A stretch of DNA of 63,776 bases from Eubacteriales bacterium (GTDB taxonomy: Bacteria; Bacillota; Clostridia; Christensenellales; CAG-138), in assembly GCA_031549625.1 (NCBI GenBank), contig JAVBPK010000068.1, forward strand, positions 1 to 63,776, given 5' to 3'. A program made the translations under genes and the position numbers. The notes under the pieces were generated by a model. That model ran no database searches. It worked only from the letters and a program-made list of their open reading frames with translations, and was not told where the DNA came from. Positions 53,705 through 61,497 of this stretch are shown here, piece after piece. How positions within the stretch are numbered: position 1 is the first letter of the stretch; each line of letters starts with the position of its first letter.

Positions 53705-55420
53705 ATGAGGGAAATCATCACAACGGTTCTCGAAAGGTGCGAGGGCTGCAACCGTTGCGTTCGCGTTTGCCCGCTGGAAGAAAGCAATGTGGTTTTTTGT
53801 GACAGCGACGGGCAAATCAAAGTGAAGATCGATTCGGAAAAATGTATTGCATGCGGTGCCTGCCTTGATGTTTGCCAGCATGAGGCGCGTGATTATATCG
53901 ACGACACGGAACGGTTTATGCGCGATCTGAAGTCTGGCGTGAACATTGCCATGCTTGTGGCGCCGGCCATGCGTGCCAATTTTAAAAACGGGGAATCGAT
54001 ACTGGCCTGGCTGCGCAACCAGGGCGTCTCGCTGATAGCCGATGTTTCTTTAGGCGCGGATATCTGCACGTGGGCGCATATACGCTATGTGCAGCAAAAC
54101 CAGCCGGAAACGCTCATTACGCAGCCCTGCCCGGCAATTGTCGGATATATTGAAAAGTACCAGCCTACTCTGCTCGCATCCCTTTCGCCGGTGCATAGCC
54201 CCATGCTTTGCACCGCCGTCTTTATGCGCAGGCATCTTGGTGTGCAAGGCAAAATAGCCGCGTTGTCGCCCTGCATCGCCAAAGCAAACGAATTTGACGA
54301 AACGGGACTCGTGCAATACAATGTCACATTCAAAAAGCTGCAAAAATATATCGAAACAAACGGCGTGCATATTCCGCATGCCGATTTTGTGTTCGACCAT
54401 GTTGATTCGTCCTTGGGCAGTATTTATTCCATGCCGGGTGGCCTGAAAGAAAACGTCGAATTCTACATCGGCAAGGGGCTGCGCGTAGACAAATCAGAGG
54501 GCACCGGCGTCGTGTATAAGCATATAGACGATTTTGCCGCCGAGCGCGCCGGAAACTTACCGGCGATATTCGACGTGCTGAACTGCGCCGAAGGCTGCAA
54601 CGCGGGCACGGGATGCTTGCACAAGCAGTCCCTTTTCGAAATCAATAAAAAAATGGATATCGCCCGCCAAAAGGCGCTGCAAGAGAATCAAAAAACAGAT
54701 AAATACGAGGAAACCGAGCTTTTTAATCTTTTTGATGAACAACTGCAAATGACGGACTATCTCCGCCGCTACACGCCGCAAGCAGTCCATTCCATCTCCT
54801 ATACGCATACGGACGTCGAGAAGGCTATGCAGGATCTTGGCAAAAAAACGCACGCGCAGCGTAATCACAATTGCTACGCTTGTGGCTGCGAAACATGCGA
54901 AAACATGGCTGCGCGCATCGCCAAGGGCATCAATGTGCCGGAAAACTGCATAGAAAAAACGCGCATAAGCATATTGCAGAGCCATGAAGCCTTCTTGCAC
55001 GAACGCCAAAACAGCACCGAAAACTTAAATAGAATTTCCGGTGAAGTGGCCGGTATCAAGCAGCAGTTTGAAGAGGTGCTGGCGGGCGTGCGCGAAGTGG
55101 AAAGCATTATAGAAAGCTACGGAAAAATGGCGGACGTGGTAGACAGCATGGCCATGCAAACACAACTGCTTTCACTAAACGCTTCTGTGGAAGCTGCCCG
55201 CGCCGGTACAGCCGGCAAGGGATTTGCCGTCGTTGCGCAGGCCATACGCGAGCTTGCCTCCAGCGTGCAAACTTCCGTCAATGAAGTGGGCGATACCGGG
55301 TCGCGCGCCAAAAACACCATACAGGCTATCGCCGAAGTCAGCGAAAGCGTAGACGATTCCATACTGCGCGTATCGGACTACGTGAATAAAATAGCGGAAA
55401 TGATGAATATGACCGAGTAG
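53705..55420 (+). CDS. Soluble chemoreceptor: 2x[4Fe-4S] ferredoxin motifs + [FeFe]-hydrogenase-like H-cluster domain + extra Cys cluster + short MCP signalling domain
   Basis: ATG at 53705 lies 6 nt after GGAGG. Motifs in order: [88 protein letters not shown]. No TM segment. Confidence 0.85.
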   Translation: MREIITTVLERCEGCNRCVRVCPLEESNVVFCDSDGQIKVKIDSEKCIACGACLDVCQHEARDYIDDTERFMRDLKSGVNIAMLVAPAMRANFKNGESILAWLRNQGVSLIADVSLGADICTWAHIRYVQQNQPETLITQPCPAIVGYIEKYQPTLLASLSPVHSPMLCTAVFMRRHLGVQGKIAALSPCIAKANEFDETGLVQYNVTFKKLQKYIETNGVHIPHADFVFDHVDSSLGSIYSMPGGLKENVEFYIGKGLRVDKSEGTGVVYKHIDDFAAERAGNLPAIFDVLNCAEGCNAGTGCLHKQSLFEINKKMDIARQKALQENQKTDKYEETELFNLFDEQLQMTDYLRRYTPQAVHSISYTHTDVEKAMQDLGKKTHAQRNHNCYACGCETCENMAARIAKGINVPENCIEKTRISILQSHEAFLHERQNSTENLNRISGEVAGIKQQFEEVLAGVREVESIIESYGKMADVVDSMAMQTQLLSLNASVEAARAGTAGKGFAVVAQAIRELASSVQTSVNEVGDTGSRAKNTIQAIAEVSESVDDSILRVSDYVNKIAEMMNMTE

Positions 55421-55531
55421 TTGCTTTTTACATGAACATGGTGAACGTGCAAAGTTAAAGAGGGGCGCGGGCGTCCCTCCTTTTTGATGCTGAAAGCTTA
55501 TGCGAAAAAGCGGCTGTGTGGCAGAGCCCTC

Positions 55532-55557
55532 AAAAAAAAGACCGGCCAGGCCGGTCT
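55532..55557 (-). terminator. Intrinsic terminator of flagellin gene 1
   Basis: On the minus strand, gaccggcc-t-ggccggtc is followed by TTTTTTTT. Confidence 0.85.
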
Positions 55558-55581
55558 TTACGTGTGTGATGGAAAAAGGGA

Positions 55582-56724
55582 TTATCCCAACAGTTGCAGC
55601 ACGCCCTGCGGAGCGGAGTTGGCCTGCGCCAGCATGGCGGTGGAGGCCTGCGTGAGGATGTTGTTGCGCGTGAAGTTTGTCATTTCCTGCGCCATGTCGA
55701 GGTCTCTGATGCGGCTTTCCGCAGCGGAGAGGTTCTCGGAGGACGTGTCGAGGTTGTTGATCTTGTGGTTCAGCCTGTTTTGCATAGCGCCCAACGAGGC
55801 ACGCTGTGTGGAAACGGCGTTCAAAGCGTCGTTTACGCGGGAGATCGCGTGGCGCGCGTCACGGCCTTCGGCGATGCTCTGGTTGTTCACACCCAGAATG
55901 GTGGAGTCCATGGCGGCGATGTTCAGCTTCAGCTCGTCGCCCTGGTTTGCGCCTGTTTGTATGGTGATGGGCTTGGCTGTCCATGCGACGGTTTTGCTGT
56001 TGATAGCGGCCGTTGCTTTTGTGGCCATCGTTGCCGCGTCTGCGATGTCGGCGTCGGCGGTAAATGTCAGCGCGGAGCCGTCATTCAGCTGCAGGCGCAC
56101 TTCGTCGCCGTTCTTGATATCGAGATTCTTTACTTGTTCGTCGGTAAGCGAGAGCTTGCCAACTACGCCGGATGTGGCGCCTGTGAGCGTGGCGGTAAGC
56201 GTGCCGGAAGCGGCGCTTGCTGCCATGGTGTACGTGTCGCTCGCGACCAGGCCCGTGCCCGCCGTGAAGCCGGCAAGACCGCCCGCGGCTGCTGTGCCGG
56301 AATAAGAACCGTCGATGACGCCCATGTCGTTGAACTTTGTCTTTTTCGCCGTGTCGTCCAGCTCTTTAACGAGCTGCTGGAATTCCGCGTCCAAAGCCGC
56401 ACGGTCTATGCTGGTTTCGTTTGTGTCGGAAGCAGACTGTACGGAGAGTTCACGCATACGCTGGAGAATGTTGTGGCTTTCCTGGAGCGCGCCTTCGGCT
56501 GTCTGAACCAAGGAAATCGCGTCGGAAGAGTTCTTCGAAGCCATTTTCAGGCCGCGGATCTGCGCGCGCATTTTTTCTGAAATGGCCAGGCCGGCAGCGT
56601 CGTCACCTGCGCGGTTTACGCGGTAGCCGCTCGAGAGCTTTTCCATGGATTTCGCCACGGAGTTGGTGTTGATGGTGTACTGGCGGTGGGTATTCATCGC
56701 CATAATGTTGTTGTTGATACGCAT
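55582..56724 (-). CDS. fliC: Flagellin, copy 1 (380 aa)
   Basis: ATG at 56724 follows GGAGGA. N-terminus reads MRINNNIMAMNTHRQYT..GYRVNRAGDDAAGLAISEKMRAQIRGL. C-terminus reads ..MTNFTRNNILTQASTAMLAQANSAPQGVLQLLG. Confidence 0.95.
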   Translation of the reverse strand: MRINNNIMAMNTHRQYTINTNSVAKSMEKLSSGYRVNRAGDDAAGLAISEKMRAQIRGLKMASKNSSDAISLVQTAEGALQESHNILQRMRELSVQSASDTNETSIDRAALDAEFQQLVKELDDTAKKTKFNDMGVIDGSYSGTAAAGGLAGFTAGTGLVASDTYTMAASAASGTLTATLTGATSGVVGKLSLTDEQVKNLDIKNGDEVRLQLNDGSALTFTADADIADAATMATKATAAINSKTVAWTAKPITIQTGANQGDELKLNIAAMDSTILGVNNQSIAEGRDARHAISRVNDALNAVSTQRASLGAMQNRLNHKINNLDTSSENLSAAESRIRDLDMAQEMTNFTRNNILTQASTAMLAQANSAPQGVLQLLG

Positions 56725-56769
56725 TGATAAATTCCTCCATGAATTGTTTATTCGGCATCTTGCCTTTTT
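56725..56769 (-). promoter_or_regulatory. Conserved flagellin leader block: GCCGAATA box (sigma-28 -10-like) plus an AATTC-ATGGAG-GAATT hairpin that presents GGA/SD (candidate CsrA site)
   Basis: Minus strand reads aaaaaggcaagatGCCGAATAaacAATTCatGGAgGAATTtatcaATG. The block recurs upstream of all four flagellin genes. Confidence 0.45.
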
Positions 56770-56902
56770 AGAGTTTGGAATGAACGGCGGTGAAATGCCG
56801 CCAGAAACAAGGTGTTTGCGTGGCTGGTCGGTTAAAAAACGGCTGCCATCCGTGGCGGCCAGCATATTTTAGGGCGCAAGCGCCGAAAAATCGGACAGCT
56901 AT

Positions 56903-56931
56903 CCAGCGCCGCCATTACGCGGCGGCGCCGG
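56903..56931 (-). terminator. Hairpin downstream of flagellin gene 2
   Basis: ccggcgccgcc-gcgtaat-ggcggcgctgg on the minus strand. The T tract follows only after about 15 nt. Confidence 0.45.
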
Positions 56932-56952
56932 ATGAAAGGGAATACCTTGTGC

Positions 56953-58164
56953 TTATTGCAACAGTTGCAGTACGCCCTGCGGAGCCGCGTTGGCCTGCGC
57001 CAGCATGGCCGTAGAAGCCTGCGTGAGGATGTTGTTGCGCGTGAAGTTCGTCATTTCCTGCGCCATGTCGAGGTCTCTTATGCGGCTTTCCGCGGCGGAG
57101 AGGTTCTCAGCGGAGGTGTCGAGGTTGTTGATCTTGTGGTTCAGCCTGTTCTGCAAAGCGCCCAGGCCGGCACGCTGTGTGGAGATCAGGTTCAACGCCG
57201 TGTTTGTGATGGTGATGGCGTCGCGCGCTTCCGCACCCGTCGCGATTGTGTACGGTTTGGCAGCCGCGGTTTTGAGGCCCAGCGCGGTTGCGTTCATGTT
57301 GCCGAGGCTAATCTTCAGCTCGTCGCCCTGGTTTGCGCCTGTCTGGATGGTCAGCGTTTTGCCCGGATCATAGGCTGCAAACGCCACGCCGCCTGCTTTG
57401 AATTCGGCGGTAAGCGCGGCTGCCCAGCCGGTAGCATCATTTGTAGCCGGCGCAAGGTCTTTGCTAAGCTGGTACGTAAAGGAAGAACCGTCGCCGAAAT
57501 TAATGGTGTGTGCGCCGGCTTTGGTGTGATCCGCGGTCAGTGCTACTTTATAGGTGTTTGCGGCAATAGCTGTGTTTGTAGAATCTGTTCCGGCAAATGT
57601 AAAGCCGTTCGCTGCGCTCAACGTGACGGTGACGGCGCCTGCACCCATTTTTTCGCCGCCGCTAAAGAATGTGCTGCCGATCAGAGCCGTGGCAGCAGTG
57701 CCCTTGGAGGCCGCGTTGTCCATGACATTGCCGATTTGGCCATAGCTGCCATCGATAACGCCCATGTCGTTGAACTTCGTCTTTTTCGCCGTGTCGTCCA
57801 GCTCTTTGATGAGCTGCTGGAATTCCGCGTCCAAAGCCGCGCGGTCTATGCTGGTTTCGTTCGTGTCGGAAGCGGACTGTACGGAGAGTTCACGCATACG
57901 CTGGATGATGTTGTGGCTTTCCTGCAGCGCGCCTTCCGCTGTCTGAACCAGGGAAATCGCGTCGGAAGAGTTCTTGGAAGCCATTTTCAGGCCACGGATT
58001 TGAGCGCGCATCTTTTCGGAAATGGCCAGGCCGGCAGCGTCGTCGCCAGCGCGGTTTACGCGGTAGCCGCTCGAGAGCTTTTCCATGGACTTCGCCACGG
58101 AGTTGGTGTTGATGGTGTACTGGCGGTGCGTGTTCATCGCCATAATGTTGTTGTTGATACGCAT
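56953..58164 (-). CDS. fliC: Flagellin, copy 2 (403 aa, distinct central domain)
   Basis: ATG at 58164. The termini match copy 1 and the central part is unrelated (..GQIGNVMDNAASKGTAATALIGSTFFSGGEKMGAGAVTVTLSAANGFTFAG..). Confidence 0.95.
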   Translation of the reverse strand: MRINNNIMAMNTHRQYTINTNSVAKSMEKLSSGYRVNRAGDDAAGLAISEKMRAQIRGLKMASKNSSDAISLVQTAEGALQESHNIIQRMRELSVQSASDTNETSIDRAALDAEFQQLIKELDDTAKKTKFNDMGVIDGSYGQIGNVMDNAASKGTAATALIGSTFFSGGEKMGAGAVTVTLSAANGFTFAGTDSTNTAIAANTYKVALTADHTKAGAHTINFGDGSSFTYQLSKDLAPATNDATGWAAALTAEFKAGGVAFAAYDPGKTLTIQTGANQGDELKISLGNMNATALGLKTAAAKPYTIATGAEARDAITITNTALNLISTQRAGLGALQNRLNHKINNLDTSAENLSAAESRIRDLDMAQEMTNFTRNNILTQASTAMLAQANAAPQGVLQLLQ

Positions 58165-58210
58165 TGATAAATTCCTCCATGAATTCATTTTTTCGGCATC
58201 TTGCCTTTTT
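58165..58210 (-). promoter_or_regulatory. Conserved flagellin leader block (GCCGAAAA box + GAATTC-ATGGAG-GAATT hairpin)
   Basis: Minus strand reads aaaaaaggcaagatGCCGAAAAaatgAATTCatGGAgGAATTtatcaATG. Confidence 0.45.
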
Positions 58211-58293
58211 TGTGATGGGAACTAACGACAGGCGTTTTTATCGCTGCCGGAAACTATTTTTACGGGGTTTCACCGTAAAAGCCGCAAATCTAT

Positions 58294-58322
58294 CCAGTGC
58301 CGCTTTTATGCCGCGGCACTGG
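58294..58322 (-). terminator. Hairpin downstream of flagellin gene 3
   Basis: ccagtgccgc-ggcataaaa-gcggcactgg on the minus strand, with a 10-bp stem. Confidence 0.45.
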
Positions 58323-58340
58323 ATGAAAGGGAATATGTAC

Positions 58341-59483
58341 TTATTGTAATAGCTGGAGAACGCCCTGTGGGGCTGCGTTGGCCTGCGCCAGCATGGCGGT
58401 GGAGGCCTGCACGAGAAGATTGTTGCGTGTGAAGTTTGTCATTTCCTGCGCCATGTCGAGGTCTCTTATGCGGCTTTCCGCGGCGGAGAGGTTCTCGGCG
58501 GAGGTGTCGAGGTTGTTGATCTTGTGGTTCAGCCTGTTTTGCAAAGCGCCCAGCGCGGCACGCTGTGTGGAAACGGCATTCAGCGCGTCGTTTGTGCGGG
58601 AGATCGCGTGACGGGCATTGCGTCCCTGCGCGATGTTCTGGGTTTTCACGCCCAGTATGGTGGCGTCCATCGCGGCGATGTTCAGCTTCAGCTCGTCGCC
58701 CTGGTTTGCGCCCGTCTGTATGGTGATGGGCTTACCTGTCCATGTGACGGTTTTGCTGTCGATAGCGGCTGTTGCTTTTGTGGCCATCGTTGCCGCATCC
58801 GCGATATCGGCGTCGGCGGTAAATGTCAGCGCGGAGCCGTCATTCAGCTGTAGGCGCACTTCGTCGCCGTTCTTGATATCGAGATTTTTTACTTGTTCGT
58901 CGGTAAGCGTAAGCTTGCCAACCTCGCCCGCTGTGGCACCGGTAAGTGTGACGGTGAGCACGCCAGATGCAGCAGCCGCTGCCATGGTGTAAACTTCGTC
59001 TTTTACCAGGCCTATGCCCGCCGTAAATCCGACGAGGCCGCCCGCGGCCGCTGTGCCGGAATAAGAGCCGTCGATAACGCCCATGTCGTTGAACTTTGTC
59101 TTTTTCGCCGTGTCGTCCAACTCTTTGATGAGCTGCTGGAATTCCGCATCCAAAGCCGCGCGGTCTATGCTGGTTTCGTTTGTGTCAGAAGCGGACTGCA
59201 CGGAGAGTTCGCGCATGCGTTGAAGCACGTTGTGGCTTTCCTGCAGCGCGCCTTCGGCTGTTTGAATCAAGGAAATAGCGTCGGAAGAGTTTTTGGAAGC
59301 CATCCGAAGTCCGCGGATTTGTGCGCGCATTTTTTCGGAAATGGCCAAGCCGGCTGCATCGTCACCCGCACGGTTTACACGGTAGCCACTCGAGAGCTTT
59401 TCCATGGATTTTGACACGGAAACGGTGTTGATGGTGTACTGACGGTGGGTATTGATCGCCATGATGTTGTTGTTGATACGCAT
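58341..59483 (-). CDS. fliC: Flagellin, copy 3 (380 aa, collinear with copy 1)
   Basis: The track ORF begins at MRINNN. The central domain is the same type as copy 1, with scattered substitutions. Confidence 0.95.
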   Translation of the reverse strand: MRINNNIMAINTHRQYTINTVSVSKSMEKLSSGYRVNRAGDDAAGLAISEKMRAQIRGLRMASKNSSDAISLIQTAEGALQESHNVLQRMRELSVQSASDTNETSIDRAALDAEFQQLIKELDDTAKKTKFNDMGVIDGSYSGTAAAGGLVGFTAGIGLVKDEVYTMAAAAASGVLTVTLTGATAGEVGKLTLTDEQVKNLDIKNGDEVRLQLNDGSALTFTADADIADAATMATKATAAIDSKTVTWTGKPITIQTGANQGDELKLNIAAMDATILGVKTQNIAQGRNARHAISRTNDALNAVSTQRAALGALQNRLNHKINNLDTSAENLSAAESRIRDLDMAQEMTNFTRNNLLVQASTAMLAQANAAPQGVLQLLQ

Positions 59484-59528
59484 TTTTCAATTCCTCCATG
59501 AATTGTTTATTCGGCATCTTGCCTTTTT
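59484..59528 (-). promoter_or_regulatory. Conserved flagellin leader block. Here the GCCGAATA box has a TAAA exactly 15 nt upstream.
   Basis: Minus strand reads aaTAAAataaaaaggcaagatGCCGAATAaaCAATTCatGGAgGAATTGaaaaATG. Confidence 0.5.
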
Positions 59529-59659
59529 ATTTTATTGTGAAGTTTGACGGCAAATGCTGCCGCCGGCAGGTTTGAAGCCAAAAGGCTTCGCTACACTTGC
59601 CATGGCAAACCATGGCGGAAACATATCTTACAGCGCCGCTGTAAAAAACAAGGGATCAC

Positions 59660-59685
59660 GCGGCGCCGTGCTCCTCCAGCGCCGC
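59660..59685 (-). terminator. Hairpin downstream of flagellin gene 4
   Basis: gcggcgc..gcgccgc stem on the minus strand, followed after 11 nt by TTTTTT. Confidence 0.45.
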
Positions 59686-59708
59686 ATGAGGGGTAAAACG
59701 CAAACTAC

Positions 59709-60890
59709 TTATTGCAGTAGTTGTAACACGCCCTGTGGGGCCGCGTTGGCCTGCGCCAGCATAGCGGTGGAGGCCTGCACGAGAATGTTATTCCGAGTGA
59801 ATGTCGTCATTTCCTGCGCCATGTCGAGGTCTCTTATGCGGCTTTCCGCAGCGGAGAGGTTCTCGGCGGAGGTGTCGAGGTTGTTGATCTTATGATTCAA
59901 CCTGTTTTGCAAGGCGCCCAGCGTGGCACGCTGTGTGGAAACGGCGTTGAGAGCATCGTTTGTGCGGGAAAGCGCGTGGCGCGCGTCGCGGCCCTGCGCG
60001 ATGGACGATTTGTTAACGCCCAGTATTGTTGCGTCCATGGCGGCGATGTTCACTTGCAGCTCGTCGCCCTGGTTTGCGCCCGTCTGTATGGTAATGGGCT
60101 TGCCCGTCCATACGATGTCGTCGGTGTCGTTGCCATCCATGGCCGCATTCACGTCTGCGGCCAGCGTTGTGACGTCCGTGATATCGCTCTGCGCCACGAA
60201 GCGCAGCGCGCTGCCGTCATTGAGCTGCAGGCGGACGTCGTCGCCCGTTTTGTAGTCCAGCAAACCAATCTGTATGTCGGTAAGCGTGAGGGAACCTACA
60301 ATTGCGCCTGTGCTGTTTTCAAGCGTCAGCAGGAAGTTGCCGTCGGCGTCCGTTCCGCTCGTGAGGGTATAGGTATCTGTCGCTACCATGCCCGTGCTGC
60401 CGACAAACTCCGTTAAGTATGCGGTGCCATTGCCGGCTAAAATGTTTGTCGTGGTGCCGGAACCGGAGTAGGAGCCGTCGATGACGCCCATGTTGTTGAA
60501 TTTTGTTTTGGCGGCGGTATCGTCGAGCTCTTTGATGAGCTGCTGGAATTCCGCATCCAAAGCCGCGCGGTCTATGCTGGTTTCGTTTGTGTCCGACGCG
60601 GATTGCACGGCGAGTTCACGCATGCGCTGGAGTACGTTGTGGCTTTCCTGCAACGCGCCCTCGGCTGTTTGTACCAGGGAAATCGCGTCGGAAGAGTTTT
60701 TGGAAGCCATCCGAAGTCCGCGGATTTGGGCGCGCATTTTTTCGGAGATGGCCAAACCGGCTGCGTCGTCGCCTGCCCTGTTCACACGGTACCCGCTCGA
60801 AAGCTTTTCCATAGACTTCGAAACGGAATTGGTGTTGATGGTGTATTGACGATGGGTATTCATCGCCATGATATTGTTGTTGATACGCAT
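59709..60890 (-). CDS. fliC: Flagellin, copy 4 (393 aa, distinct central domain)
   Basis: ATG at 60890 follows GGAGGA. The termini are conserved. The central part is unique (..GSGTTTNILAGNGTAYLTEFVGSTGMVATDTYTLTSGTDADGNFLLTLENSTG..). Confidence 0.95.
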   Translation of the reverse strand: MRINNNIMAMNTHRQYTINTNSVSKSMEKLSSGYRVNRAGDDAAGLAISEKMRAQIRGLRMASKNSSDAISLVQTAEGALQESHNVLQRMRELAVQSASDTNETSIDRAALDAEFQQLIKELDDTAAKTKFNNMGVIDGSYSGSGTTTNILAGNGTAYLTEFVGSTGMVATDTYTLTSGTDADGNFLLTLENSTGAIVGSLTLTDIQIGLLDYKTGDDVRLQLNDGSALRFVAQSDITDVTTLAADVNAAMDGNDTDDIVWTGKPITIQTGANQGDELQVNIAAMDATILGVNKSSIAQGRDARHALSRTNDALNAVSTQRATLGALQNRLNHKINNLDTSAENLSAAESRIRDLDMAQEMTTFTRNNILVQASTAMLAQANAAPQGVLQLLQ

Positions 60891-60935
60891 ATAGAATGCT
60901 TCCTCCATGAATGTTTTTCGGCCTCATGCCCAAAA
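60891..60935 (-). promoter_or_regulatory. Flagellin 4 leader: a GCCGAAAA box is present, but the AATTC/GAATT hairpin is absent
   Basis: Minus strand reads gggcatgagGCCGAAAAacattcatGGAGGAagcattctatATG. Confidence 0.4.
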
Positions 60936-61497
60936 AGCTACCGGACGATGCATCCTGCATTCTGTTTTCTGGCGATTCCGGCGCTATGGAAACGCGCGAA
61001 AACAGCGTCTAGTTCTTTTTACGTGTTTTCGCCTGAAAACTTTAGCAGAAAATGCATGTTTTTTTCATTTTAGCACCAATGCGCGGCGGTGTACACGAAA
61101 ATAGGCAAAAACAGGGTATTTATGGAAAAATATTTGCAAAAAAGTTGCCGTAATTTTTTGCCGCTTAGCAAAATGGATAAAAAATGTATTTTCCCAGATG
61201 TTTAACCAAAAAGTAAAAAATAACTATATATAGGGATTGGGAAAAATATGCATACTATATATTGCGATCCAGGCAATGCTTATATAAATTAAGGAGAAAA
61301 AGCTCGAATTATTGGCAAATATCGCGAAAAAAGTGTTGAATTACTCTATATTGGGGTATACAATGTATACAACACATAATATTGTGGTGATCATGTGTCC
61401 GGGCATGTTTTTTTCGATTACCCTTTGTACGACCAAGGGTTCTGGAAAAGTATTGCTTCAACCATGACGATGCATGAAGAAATATTAAGAATAACGG

